DNA of 64,000 bases, from contig CM052816.1 of the NCBI GenBank assembly GCA_028534125.1, positions 80,974,001-81,038,000 of the forward strand. Reading direction: 5' to 3'. Under the pieces are notes generated by a model. That model was not told the origin of the DNA, did not search any database, and worked only from the letters and a program-made list of their open reading frames with translations. Every line of letters begins with the position of its first letter. Within the stretch, counting starts at the first letter, position 1. Source of the stretch: Lama glama. Its lineage: Eukaryota. Made by a program: the position numbers and the translations under genes. Shown in pieces: positions 24,008 through 37,934 of this stretch.

Positions 24008-24609
24008 AAATACATTTTACCTCATGACCCAGTATGTGCACACACAGACACACATACACAAAACTGAAACAAACGTATCACAAAATAGTACCTTTACTAT
24101 ACTCACACTCTTTGTATTTTCTATTTTTTGATGCTGGTCTATAAAATTGATTTCTTAGCCTAGTGTGTAATGACCCACTATGTTCTAGAAGGCTGTGAAT
24201 TAGATACCTTAGATAAAGTTTGTGTTTTAATGCTAATTTTCCATACGACACTCTGCAAGCACTTTTTTGCACTTAGTTATCTCTGTTGCAAATTAGGAAA
24301 ACCAGAGCAGTGTATAAAAATGCCATAATTAAGGCTTCGTCAATCTATTCAGTTGAAGAAGCTAACTCAACTATTTTGAGAGGGGAGAATTGGTTTCTTC
24401 CTGAGTGGACTCTTCAAATCTGTCAAAATGGTCAGTGCTGTAAACTTTTGTCTCATATCACTCTGGAGTTGATAAAATAACTGATAGCCCTATGAATCTT
24501 TTTTAAAATGCAAGAAATGAAGTTGAAATTAATTTTAAATTTCTGATTATTATTGCTATGCCTTTTAAAGTACAATCCTCAATCACAGGCTTTCTGTGTG
24601 AGTGGGTGA

Positions 24610-26530
24610 TGATAAACATTACAACAATACCAAGTTTTTGAATCTATGAGCACAATTTATTTCTCCCCCACTCAGGAACGTATTACAGTTTTTAATGTAC
24701 AGATATTGCTCATTTTGACAAATTTATCATTTAATATGTTATGATATTAGAAATGGTATTTTTATTTTAATTTTTTATTGTTTGTTGCTAGTCTACAGAA
24801 ATAAAATTGATTTGAATAAACTGACCTTGCATCAAGAAATCCTGCTAAACTTAATAGTTCAAAAATAATTTTTATACATTCCATAGGATTTCCTACATAG
24901 ATGATCATGTCATCTACAAATAGTTTTTATTTCTCCTCCAATCTGAATGCCTTTTTCTTGCTTTGTTGAATGGCTGGAACCTCCCGTTCAATGTTGAATA
25001 TAAGTGGTGGACCTGATTTTTGGTTTTTCACCAATAAGTATGACATCAGCTATAGATTGTTCATGAGGATGAGGAAATTTCCTTTCATTGTGGTAGGAAT
25101 CCTGAGAATATTTATTAGAAATAGATGTGGGATGTTATGTAATACATTTTCTGCATTTATTGAGGTGATCATTTGGTCTCTTAAAATGGTAACTTATAGA
25201 GATTATTTTTCAAACATTAAATAAATCTTGCACTCAAGGATAAAACACACTTGGTTGTGAGATAGTATCCTTTAACTATATTGTTGGATTTGATTGGCTA
25301 AATTTTAAGAATTTTTGCATCTATGTTCATGAGGGATATTGTTCTGTAGTTTTCTTTTCTTGTAATGTTTCTAGTTTTGCCATAAAGAATAATGAAGGCT
25401 TCATATCAGTTGGGAAGTGTTTCCTGCTCTTCAGTTTTCTGGAAGAGAGTTGGTATCATGTATTCATTAAATGTTTGAAAGAATTTTTCAGTAAAGCCAT
25501 CTGGACCTGCAGTGTTCTTTGCTGAAAAGTTTTTAACTGTAAATTAAATTTATTTAATAGACAGGGATATTAAGTTTATCTATTTCTTTTTGATTGAACC
25601 TTAGAAGTTTATCTCTTTAAAAGAACATTTTTCATTTGACGTAAATTGTCATATTACTGTCATGGAGTTATCCATAATAATCTCTCATTATCCTTGTAAT
25701 ATTTGATGTCATCTCTCTTGTTCTTAACATTAGTAATATTTGTTCTTTCTTTCTTACTCTGACCAGCCTGGATAAATGTTTATCATTGTTGTTAACCTCC
25801 ACAAAAAAATAAGCTATGGGTTTCATTTATTTTTCAGTTTAATTGATTTTTATGCTTATCTATATTGATTCTTTTCTTCTGCTTACCTCGAATTTAATTT
25901 GCTCTTTTTTTCCAGTTTCTTAAGGTGAAAGTAGAGGTTATTGCTTTTGAGACATTCCTTCTTTTCTAATACTAGCATTTTAGTGCTATTTTCTTTTCTC
26001 TAAATACTCCTTTAGCTCCATAAATTTTGATAGATCATGTTTTTATTTATTCAGTTCAAAATAACATCCTAATTTTATTTTTGATTTATTTGACTCACGG
26101 ATCATTTAGTTTCCAATTATTAGGGAATTTTCAGATATTTTTCTGTTACTGATATCAGATTACATTTTATTCAAAGAACATATCTTCTATGTTGGACTTG
26201 AATCCTTTCAAATTTTTTGAGATTCATTTTATGTTTGAAAGTCTCTGGATATGCTTGAAAAGTATGTTTATTCTTTGTTATTGAGTGGAATGTTGTACGA
26301 ATGCCAATTAGGTCAAGTGGCTTGATATTGTTTTAAGTCTTCTATATCCTAACTTATTTCTGTCTATTGGATCTATCTGCTATTGAGAGGGAATGCTGAA
26401 CTATTGACTGTAAGTGTAGATTTATCTATTCCTCCTTGAGTTCTATCAGTTTTTGCTTCATGTATTTTGAAACTCTTATTAGACATATAGTTATTTAAAA
26501 CTGTTGTGTCCTCTTGATGAATTGACCATT
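24610..26530 (-). mobile_element. Old L1 ORF2 segment, antisense
   Basis: T-rich antisense landmarks: tttttgcatctatgttcatgagggatattg, cagtaaagccatctggacctg, ttttgcttcatgtattttgaaactct. Confidence 0.85.
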
Positions 26531-29500
26531 TTTAACAACTTTATTGAGATATAATTAATATACCATGAAATTCATACTATTTTATTGTACAATTCAGTGG
26601 TGTTAGTATATTCAGTGTTTTGCAACCACCCCTACTATCTGATTTCAGAATATTTTCATTACTCCAGAAAAAGACCACATACTCATTAATAATCACTTAT
26701 CATTCTCCTCTCCCCCCAGCCCTTGGTAACCACTAATCTACATTATGTCTCTATTGATTTGCCTATTTTAAACATTTCGTGTAAATGGATCATATAGTAT
26801 GTGGTCTTTCATTACTGGTTTCTTTCAGTTAGCTTGACGCTTTCAGTGTTCTTCCATGTTGCAGAATGTATCAAGACTTAATTTCTTTATATTGCCAAAT
26901 AATATTCCATTATATGGATATACTACATTTTGTTTATCTATCCACTAGTTAATGGACATTTTAGTTATTTCCACTCTTTTGTCCATTATTAATAATGCTG
27001 CTGTGGACATTCAAGTACAAATGTTTGTGTGGACATATGTTTTCATTTCTCTTGTGTATAGCATAGTAGTGAAACTGTCAGTTAATATTCTGAGGAACTT
27101 CCAGATGTCTTCCATGTAAAGTGGCTGCACCATTTTACAACTACCAACAATGTATGAATATTCCACTTTTCTATACATTCTCGTCAACACTTGTTATTGT
27201 CTCTCTTAAAAATTTTAGCCATCCTAGTGAAGGTGAAAAGTACCTCGTTGTGATTTTGATTTTCATTTCCCTGATTTCTGATAATGGTGAGCATTTTTGC
27301 ATGTGCATATTGACTATTTGTATATCTTTTCAGGAGAAATATCTATTCAAATCCATTTTAATTGGGTTATTAATCTTCTTATTACTGATACATAAGTAGT
27401 TCTTTATTTATTATGGATACAGGTTTCTTAAAATATATATATTTTGCAACATTTCTTCTCATTCGATGGGTTGTCTTTTCACTTTCTCAGTGGTGTCCTT
27501 TGAAACACAGAAATTTGTAATTCTGATGAATCCCAATTTAAATATGTTTTCTTTTATCACTGGTGCTTTTCGTGTCATAACTAAGAAACCATTGTCTAAT
27601 CCAAGGTCACAAATATTCAATAAAATGTTTTCTTCTAAGAGTTTCATAGTTTTAGCTCTGACATTTAGATCTATTCATTTTGAGTTAATTTTTGTGTATG
27701 GTATAAGGAAGAGGTGCAATTCATTCCTGTACATGGGGAAATCCAGTCATTCAAACACCATTTCTTGAAATACTACTTTTCTCCATTAACTAATCTTGGC
27801 AATATGTCTATCTTTATAACAGGACTACACTATCTTGATTACTGTAGCTTTGTATTAATTTAAATTTTGGAAACAATGAGTCTTCCAATATTTTTTTTCC
27901 CTCTTTAAAATTGGCTATTTTTGGACCTTTAAATCTATATGAATTTTAGGATCATTTTGCCAGTATCTGGGGAGAAACTAGAATTGTGATAGGCATTACA
28001 TTCAATATGAGAAGATGTAGACCAATTTGGGGAATATTGCCATCTTAACCAAATTATGTTCTCCAGTCCATGAACATGGGATTTCTTTCCATTTACTTAG
28101 ATTTTCTTTACTTTCAACAGTGTTTTGTATTTTCCGGTATACAACTCTTCCACTTCTTTTGTTGAATTTGTCCCCTAAGTATTTTTTAATGCTATGATAA
28201 ATGAAATAGTTTTATAATTTCATTTTCAGGTTGTTCATTGCTAGTGTATAGAAATATAATTGATTTTTGCACATTGATTTTGTACCCTGCAACCTTGCTA
28301 AACTCACTTTGTACTTTAAGGAGTTTTTTTGTAGATTATTTAGGGTTTTCAATACATAAGATTATATCCCCTGAATATAAATATAGTTTTACTTCTTTCC
28401 TAACCTGGATGACTTTTATCTCCTTTTGCAGACTAGTTTCCATGGCTAGAATTTGCAATGCAATGGCAATGCAATAAGTGTCAAGAGCAAAATTTCTTTT
28501 TTCTGATCTAAGATGAAACTGTTGTTTTTCACCAGTAAATGTGATAATAACTGTTGGTTTTTCCTAGGTACCTTTTATCAGGTTGAGGAAGTTCCTTTCC
28601 ATTCCTAGTTTGATAAACATTTTGTAATGAGAAGGAGTTGGATTTTGTTTCTGCATCTTTTCGGATGTTCATGTGACTTCTGTACTTTATTCTATTAATA
28701 AAGTGTATTATATTGATTGATGTTCAGATGTTAAACCAATCTTGCACTCTTGGCTAAGTCCACCTTAGTCATTGTGGATAATTCCCTTTATATGTTTGGA
28801 TCTAGTCTGCTAGTGTTTTGTTGATGACTTTTGTTTCTATAGCCATAAAGGACTTTGACTTGTAGTTTTCCTTACTTGTGATGTCTTTGCCTGGTTTTGA
28901 CATTAGAAAATACTGGCCTCATATTTTGGGGAAATTTTTGTAAAATATTTAAAATAAATAAATCTTCTTTAAAGGTTTAGCAGAATTCACCAGTAAAGCC
29001 GTCTGAGTCTGGGTTTTCTTTGCGGAAAGTTTTAAAGAAATTCTGTCAACTTTTCCTTGTTATAGGTCTATTCAGACTTTCTGTTTTTTCTCATCAGTTT
29101 CTGTGGTTTATGTCCTTTTCATTTAGGTTATCTAATTTGTTGGCAAATAGTTATCTTCTTATATTTGTCTGAGTTTTTTCTTTGCAAGTCTGGTTGGATT
29201 CGTTCATTTTGTTATCTTTTCAAAGAACCAACTTTTAGTTTGATTAATTTTTCTATTCTCCACTTTATTTTTGCTCTAATCTTTTTAATTTCCTTCCTTC
29301 TGTTTGCTTTAGATTCTTTTTCAAGTTTCTTTTTTTGATAAAAGGCTAGGCTGTTTATTTGGGATCATTTTTTAATACTGACATTTAGAGCTATAAATTT
29401 CTTTCTGAATACTGCTTTAGCCTCATACTATATGTTTTTATTATGCTATGTTTTTATTTTCATTCCTCTCAAAGTATTCCCTAATTTCCTATAGATTTCT

Positions 29501-31670
29501 TCTTTGACCAATTTGTTATCTAGTAGTGTTTTTTTATTTCTACATACTTATGAATTCCCAAAATTTATTTGTTATTTATTTCTAACTTAATTCCATGTGT
29601 CCAGAGAATGTATTTTGTATTATTTCAATTCTTTAAAATTTGTGGAGGCTTGTTTTATGTCCTGACATATGATCTGTTCAGGCAAATTTTCCAAGTACAT
29701 TTGAGGAAAATCTATATTCTTGTTGCACTGAGTCTTCTATGGATCCAGCTGGTTTATATTGTTGCTTAAGTCTTCTATTTTCTAGTGCATGTTCTGCCTA
29801 GTTGCTCTATCTGTTTTTGAAACTGGGATATTTAAGTGTTCAACTATTTTATTGAATTATCTGTTTCCTCATTGAATTTTCTCAGCTTTTGCTTCATGTA
29901 TCTTGTGGCTCTACTGGAAGCTGAATATATATTTATAGTTATTATATCTTCATGATGTATTGACCATTTTATCATTATTAAATGTCCTTTTTTGCCTCTA
30001 GTAACTATTATAATCTTAAAGTCTTAAATCGAGCTCTTTTGGTTATGGTTTGAAAGGCATGTCTTTATTCATCCTTCTTTCAACCTATTTGTGGTTTTGA
30101 ATATAACATGTGTCTATTGTAATATCTATGTGGTTGGATATGTGTTTTTTCCATTCTACCAACTTCTGCCTTTTGATTGGTATGTATGTTCCATTTACAT
30201 TAATAACTGATCAAGTAGTTTTAAATCTGCCGTTTCACTGTTGTTTTCTATATGTGTTATGTCTTTTTTGTTCTCCATTTCTCCATTACTGCCTTCTTTT
30301 GTGCCAAGCATATATTTTTTAGTGTACCATTTTAATTCTCTTATTGTTCCTTTTACTATAATTCTGAGTTATTTATTATTGGCTTCCTAGGAGATTAAAA
30401 ACAACATCTTAAAGTAATCTAATTAAGATTAATTCCAAATTAATTTCAGTAGGATATAAAAACTTTGCTTCAGTAGATCTCTGGCACCTCCCCCTTCTCT
30501 GTGTTGTTATTGCTAATCAAGTGAAATCTTTGTACGTTATAAGCCTATCAATAGAGTTTTTAAACTATTGCATATTCTGTTGTATTTTTAAATCAGATAG
30601 AGAAAAAACGAATTACAAACAAAAGTATATTTGTACTGTTTTTCATATTTACCTGTATAGTTCCCTTTATTTGTGCTCTTTATTTTTTTATGTACATTTG
30701 ACTCATTGTACAGTATTCTTTCATCAAAGAATGAAGACTTTAGTTTTCTAATAGGGCAGTGATTCTAGTGATTAATTCTATCAGCTCTTTTTTATCTGCA
30801 AATGTTTTAATTTCTCCTCCATTTTTGAAGGATGGTTTTTCTAGATATAGAATTCTTTGTTGACTGTCTGTTTCTTTTATCACTTTCAATATGTCATCCT
30901 ACTGCCTTCTGGACTCCATGGCTTCTGATAAAAAATGAGCTGTTAATCTTTTTGAAAACTCCTTGAACATGATGGGTTGTTTTGCTCTTGCTGCTTTCAA
31001 GATTTCTTTTGTCTTTGTCTTTTGACAGTTTTACTCCAATGTATCTAGGTGTGGATCTTGTTGAATTTGTCCTGTTTGCAGTTCATTATGTTTCCTGAGT
31101 GTGTAGATTAATGGATTTTGAAAATCACATTTAGGAAGTTTGGGGCCATTATTTCTTTAAGTATTCTTTATATCTTTTCTCTTTCTTTTATCTTTCTAGG
31201 GCTCAATGTTAGTATAATAGATACTGTCCCACAGGTATCTGAGGCTTGTTTTTAAGCTTTGTTATATGGCACCATGACACCCTTCATTGTAGGCCTAATT
31301 CTGTCCCTTTTCTGATTCAGCGATCTTCTGAGTACTTTTATCCATTTCCTTGTGAATTAATGAGGTTTTGGCACTCTGGCTGATTGGACATGAATGATTT
31401 CCAGGCTGAGATACAGAAATTTTTCCCTCTGCTCATTTCAGATAACCCTTTCCTCAGCTTTATGTAGTTTTCTTACATGCATACACTGATTAGTATTCTG
31501 ATAAGCAATTTAATAGGACCTTCTGCAGAGATTCAGAGCTCCTTCTGTCTGTGCAATTCACTTCTCTATGGCAGCCTGCCCTGTGAATTATGACTGCCTT
31601 GGTTTACCCAGACTCTCAGCTCTGTGTCCTCAACTCAGATGATCACTGGGCTCTGCAGTGGGAACAACCT
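26531..31670 (-). mobile_element. L1 (L1MB-like 3' end) running through ORF2, spacer, ORF1 remnants and an old 5' region, antisense
   Basis: 3' end ctttattgagatataatt...cccccagcccttggtaaccactaatctac; antisense ORF1 motifs tactgccttctggactccatggcttctgataaaaaatgagctgttaatct and aggaagtttggggccattatttctt. Confidence 0.85.
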
Positions 31671-33199
31671 CCAGAAGATACACAGAAATTAAGTCAAGGG
31701 AAATAAAGTATAAAATATATAGATCATATTTGATACACTTAGAACTAGATCTACTTCTCTAACTACCACTTCTAATTATCTATCCTTTACAATATGGGTT
31801 GGGAAATTTTTCCCCTAAAGAATGTATGTGATTTTTACACATGCCCCCCACTGCCAGCCAGTATACTTCTTGTCCTTGGTGAGAAGAAAATATTCAAATG
31901 CCTAGTTTTTTTTTTAATCCTTAGGGCTCTGTGTTTAAAAATAAACATTTCAGCCCTACCATTGGTATCTGTTTCTTTTATTCCCTTGTAGGCCATTGCC
32001 CAGTGGGGTTGCTTTTGAGGTGATAGCACATAATCTGAATTTTCCAAGGACTCACATGTTAACATATGGAATTATTTTGAGGACATCTTCCCACCTCCTC
32101 TTCTCTTAGAACAAACAGTTCTAAATTATCTGTCACTCTGAAAAATCTCATGAACTTCAACAAATGTAAACATATTCAATTTATGGAAAGACTCTATTCC
32201 AATATTTTCTTTTTGCATTTTTCCTCACAGGAAACTTTTCCCCTGACAGTTTCCAAGATGTAAGAATTCTTCGTTCCTTGTTCAAAAAACAAACAAAACA
32301 AAATAAGTTTTTACAAATAATAATCTTCAGTTCAGCAGCTCACCTCTAGGACTCTGGTTTACCATTTTTAAAATGATTTAGAGAACAAATGACGACAAGC
32401 ATGTGAAAGCTTCCTAAGCCTGAATGGAGCTAATTTTTTTTCCATTTTAAAAGCTGGTATATTTTAGTATACTCTTTTTTTCTAGCCTCCAGAATCCCAT
32501 TCTCTTCCTTTTTCCTGGATGTCATGTCTTTTATCTGTCTGACTGCAACAATTTATTCAAGAATTGGGCTCATAGGAAGAATCAGTCTTTCCTTAAAATC
32601 CTACTAAAGAGACTACATTCAAGAGAATCTGCTCAGTGAATTTATTGCAGCCATCCAAATCTGGTGGAAATAAAAATATTAATTACCCCTTAGGTTTCTC
32701 TAAGAAGTAACCAAAAAGAAAAAATTTTAAAGCATTTTGTAAGTACTGTATCAAAGGCTAAAATACTTTTCCTTGCACTTTAGGTATATGTCAACATATT
32801 TTATTCCTCATTCTAAAACCTTGCCCCATCCCTAAAATGCCCCATTCCACTGTGAGCTCTTAGAGTCCTGGGATTCATTTCTTCCTGTCTTTGCATTTCT
32901 GCAGCAGAGAAGTGCTAGAAAGGATTCAGTAGAGGCTTTTAAGTTGAATTTATGAAAGAGAACTCACTGTATGGACTAGTGGATCTGTCTTTACTAAAGA
33001 AGAAAAACTTTGAGGAGGATTTGGGAGATTTTTTATTTTATCTAGGAGAAGAGAGCTGTTTTTCAAGGTGCCTCACCATTCTCATATGTAACAGAAGCCT
33101 TGTGAAGTATGATTCAGGAGTCACCCTGTCCCCCAAAACATCGTTCACTCATGCCTGAAAGCCTGGTATTGAAAACTCACTTTTCCTTCAACTTAAAAA

Positions 33200-36012
33200 A
33201 GAAATCTCAAAAACCCTACACCTAACATCATACTTATTGGTAAGAAACTAGATACTTCCTACTAAGACCAGGAACAAGGCAGGATGTCCACCATCGCCAC
33301 TCTTATTCAACATCATACTGGAAGCCCTACCTGATACAATAAGTCAAGAAAGAAAATAAAAGGTATACATACTGGAAAGGAGTTAATAAAACTTTGTTCA
33401 CAGATGACACAAAGTTCAATATAGAAAATCCCAAAGAATGAACAAAACTTCCTGGAACTAATTAACAATTATAGCAAGGCTGCAGGATACCAGGTTAATA
33501 AACCAGTTGCTTTCCTATATACTAGCAATGAACAATTGGAATTGGAAATTTAAAACAATACTATTTACATTAGCTCCTTAAAATGAAGTATTTAGGCTAA
33601 ATCTAACAAGATGGGTACAAGATCTATATAAATAAAAGTACAAAATCAACAAAATAAATCAAATAGATGGAGAAATGTTCCATATTCCTGTCTAGAAAGA
33701 CTCAATATTATTAAGATGTCAGTTCTGCCCAACTTGATATGTAGATTCAATCCAATCCCAATCAAAATTCTAAAAGGTTATTTTGTGGATATGGACAGAC
33801 ATATTTTAAAGTTTATATGAAAAGAAAAAAGACCCAGAATAGTCAACACAATACTGAAGAAGAACAAAGTGAGTGGACACTACTCAATTTCAAGAGTATA
33901 AAACTACAATATCAATACAGTATGGTATTGGCAAAAGAATAGACGAATGTATCAATAGAACAGAACTGAGTCAAGAAATAGATCTATACAGGTGCAGTCA
34001 ATTGCTCTTTGACAAAGGAGCAAAGGCAATTCAATGGCAAAAGAATAGTTGTTTCAACAATAATGTAGGAACAACTGAATATCCACATCAAAGAAGAGGA
34101 AGCTAGATACAGACCTTACACTGCAAAAATGAACTCAAAATGGATTATAGCCCTAAATGCAATGCAAAACTATAAAACTCCCAGAAGATAACAGAATAAA
34201 ATTTAAGTAAACATTGGTTTAGCAATGACTTCTTTTTTTTTTAACATTTTTTTTATTGATTTATAATCATTTTACAATGTTGTGTCAAATTCCATTGTTC
34301 TTCAACAATTTTGAAATCCCAGTCTATCCCTTCCCACCCTCCACCCCCCTGGTAACCACAAGTCTGTATTCTCTGTCTGTGAGTCTATTTCTGTCCTGTA
34401 TTTATGCTTTGTTTTTGTTCGTTTGTTTGTTTTTGTTTTTGTTTTTTAGATTCCACATATGAGAGATCTCATATGGTATTTTTCTTTCTCTTTCTGGCTT
34501 ACTTCACTTAGAATGACATTCTCCAGGAACATCCATGTTGCTGCAAATGGCATTATGTTGTCGGTTTTTATGGCTGAGTAGTATTCCATTGTATAAATAT
34601 ACCACATCTTCTTTATCCAGTCACCTGTTGATGGACATTTAGGCTGTTTCCATGTTTTGGCTATTGTAAATAGTGCTGCTATGAACATTGGGGTACAGGT
34701 GTCATCCTGAAGTAGATTTCCTTCTGGATACAAGCCCAGGAGTGGGATTCCTGGGTGATATGGTAAGTCTATTCCTAGTCTTTTGAGGAATCTCCACACT
34801 GCTTTAGCAATGACTTCTTAAATACAATACCAAAAGCACTATCCATGAAAGAAAAAATGAATAAGTACAACTTAATTAAAAATAAAAGCTTCTGCTCTGC
34901 AAAAGACGTAGTGAAGAGAATGAGAAGATAAGCCACAGTTTAGGAGAAAATACTTGCAAAACATATCTGATTAAAGGACTAATATCCAAAATATACGAAC
35001 TCTTAAAACTTGACAGTAAGAAAACAAATCAATTTTAAACCGGACAAAAAACCTGAACAGAAAACTCACCAAAGAAGATATATGGATGACAACTAAGCAT
35101 ATAAAAAGATGCTCAAGGTTATATATTGTTAGGAAATTGCATAGTTAAACAATGAGATAACCACTACACACCAACTAAAATGACTAAAATTCAAAACAGT
35201 GATAACATCAAGTGCTCATCAGGATATGAAACAATAGGAACTCTCATTCATATCTGATGAGAATACAAAATGGTATAGCCACTTTGGAAGACAGCTGGGC
35301 AACTTCTCACAAAACTAAACATAATCTTGCCATATAATTCAGCAATCTCACTTTTTAACATTTTCCCAAATGAGTTAAAAACTCATGTCCATGCAAAAAC
35401 CTGCTATTAAAAATGTTTATCGCAGTTTTATTCATAATTACAAACACTTGGAAGTAACTAAGGTTAATGGTGAATGGATAAACTGTGGTATATCTTACAG
35501 TGGAATATTACTCAGCAATAAATGGAAATTAACTATCAAAGCACAAAAAGACATGGCAGAACTTAAAATGCATAATGCTAAATGAAAGAAGCCAATCTGA
35601 AAAAGCTACACACTGTTCGATTCCTAAATTATTTAAACATTGGAAAAGGCAAAGCTTTGGAGACAGTAAAAGGATCAGTGATTGCCAAGGGTTTGAGGGG
35701 AGGGAGGAGTGAATAGGTGGAGCACAGGGGAATTTTAGAGTTGTGAAACAATTCTGTATGAAACTGTAATAGTGGATACATAACATTATACATTTGTCAA
35801 AACCCATAAAACTCTGCAACGCAAAGAGTGAAACCTAATGTAAACTATGGACTTTGGTTAATAATAATATACTAGCATTTTTCATCAGTTGTGACAAATA
35901 CACCACAGTAATGCAAGATATAATTAGTAGGAGAAACTGTGGGGGGATGCAGGGGGAGAAAAGGTGAATGGGAACTCTCCACAGTAAAGCCTATTACTTA
36001 CATTTTTTAAAA
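33200..36012 (+). mobile_element. L1MC-like element (RT to 3'UTR), interrupted at 34235-34802
   Basis: caggaacaaggcaggatgtcca (GTRQGCP-like), ttcacagatgac (FADD-like), 3'UTR gagtgaaacctaatgtaaactatggactttgg. Confidence 0.9.
34235..34802 (-). mobile_element. Young 5'-truncated L1 with a perfect 17-bp TSD
   Basis: Uninterrupted ORF2 C-terminus (WRFLKRLGIDLPYHPGIPLLGLYP...EKYHMRSLICGI*), poly(T) at the left end, TSD tttagcaatgacttctt at 34218-34234 and 34803-34819. Confidence 0.97.
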
Positions 36013-36379
36013 ATTCATCTTCCTGGATAACTCAAGAGACTTTTTTTCAGTAATGTTGATTTACAATGTAAATTCCTCTGGATAATAATTAATTAACATT
36101 TATCTGTGAATAGGTGGAACACATTAATAGTCTGCTGGGGAGAATAAAACTTAGAGGTTCTGTGAGACTGGGGGTTCTGAAATGGAAAGTAGTTCAGAGA
36201 AGGCCAAATGTCACCTTCACTGTCTGGTTATGAGCAGTCACAATACTGGTTCTCCATAGAAGAAACATCCTCTCCTTCTCCTGTTTGTCACCTTGACAGC
36301 ATTTCTGAGTAGGGCACTAGATAGAGAATTGAGTTTTCCTGATACTCACAATTAATGAAAATTCTGATACCTTGGTGCT

Positions 36380-36600
36380 TAGAGATAGCAGAATAGCATC
36401 AGTATGTATTAATAACGTGTATTACCCAGGTTTGCATCCCACTTGGTAAAATTACTTTAATCTGTCTAAAATAAGGATAATAATTGTTTAACTAATAACT
36501 AAGATCAAAGTGCTGCTGTGACAATTAAATGAGGTACTGCAGGTATTTAGTGAGGTCTCAAAAAATACTAGCAATTGCTGTTGCTACTGCTCTTGCTGTT
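36380..36600 (+). mobile_element. MIR fragment
   Basis: ccaggtttgcatccca...aaaataaggataataat...tgtgacaattaaatgag. Confidence 0.55.
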
Positions 36601-36749
36601 TCTTGCCAATTGACTACTTTCTGATGAAATGCAGATCAAATGCAGATTTCAAAATGTTCAGTCTGAGTTAGAAAACTAACTGTGGCTTGTAGGAGGTGAA
36701 GTTGTAGAGATGGGAGGATATCTGGATGATGATGTAATAAAGAAACTAA

Positions 36750-36965
36750 CATTTTTTAATGGCAGCTGTAAATTAAGCATTGAGTGCTTTGTTATCTTAA
36801 GAATCCTAACGGCAACCTCATGACTTAGCCCTTTTTATATATGGAGAAACTGAAACTCAAGGTAGATAATTTCTCCATGGTAGTACAGTAAGTGTTAAAA
36901 CTGGTCATGCTGGAGTCAAACTCAGAAATCTTTTGCTTAAAACGTGTGAACTTCCCTGTATGGCA
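36750..36965 (-). mobile_element. MIR fragment
   Basis: ccctttttatatatggagaaactgaaactcaagg. Confidence 0.65.
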
Positions 36966-37934
36966 CACAATGCCACATGGGCTGAGAAATTTGTCTCACT
37001 AGTTATTTGGGCTACTTGAGATGCTACAATCTTGTAGTCTTCACTGGGCCTTTCTCCTGGTCATACTTGATTAGTATCAAATTTGTTGCACATTTTTAAA
37101 CAATAGGAAGTTGACTGAGTGGATGAATTAGGAAAAAAACTATACTAAAGTTAGAGGATTATATATAATTTCAAAGTGATATATATCTTACATCATGCTC
37201 AAAATTTGTAGAGCTTCTGGAAATACATCTTAAATGCTCGAAGGACCCTCCCCATATAAACCTGATAGTTTTGTAAAGAGAAAATTCCTTTTGGAATAGG
37301 AACAATTATCTCATTTGTCAGTAAGTTTTTATTTCAATGGGTTGAATTTTTTCAAAACAAGGCTGCCCCTGTAGAGGAGTGAATAAACAGCCTTAAAGGC
37401 TCACTTGAAGGCTGCTTCATGAAATAAGCACAGGTCAGAGCTGGGTAACTGAAGACTTCTGTTTTTTCTAAGCACTTTTTGCTCCCTCCTTATCTAGGTG
37501 TACATACACAACAGCTCAGGTAACCAGTTCTATTATTTTTCAAAGTCTATTCCAGGCTCCTGCTCACATCATTCTCTTCCGTACTCATAGGAAGACAAAC
37601 ATGTTACTTTGCATCTGAATCTAACTTGAATTTGTTTTTCTTATTAGAACTATTAATGAAGGGCAGCCCTGTTGCTGAGGTGTTTTAATTATTCAATTAG
37701 TCAACAGGCATTTATGAAGCCTACTATGTAGCAGGCAATAGAGACAGAGATGAAAAAGATAGTCCCTGTCCTCAATGAACTCATAGTAGGATTGTTAGAC
37801 AATTGTAATTAAAGATTATTTCTGTCTCCATTATTAATAATAACATCCATATTATTCTGCAATAATATGGTAAAACCTTTACATGTAAAGTGCCATGGGA
37901 ATAATCAAGATGTGAAGGGGTTGGTGAGTGGGAA

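Larger units (their letters stand above)
19999..24196. mobile_element. hAT-Charlie-type MITE (MER113-like), the host split by the L1 derivative at 20054-24007
   Basis: Starts cagtgcttttcaaac; resumes after the insertion as aaatacattttacctcatgacccagta...aaaactgaaacaaa...taaaattgatttc...gacccact. Confidence 0.65.
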
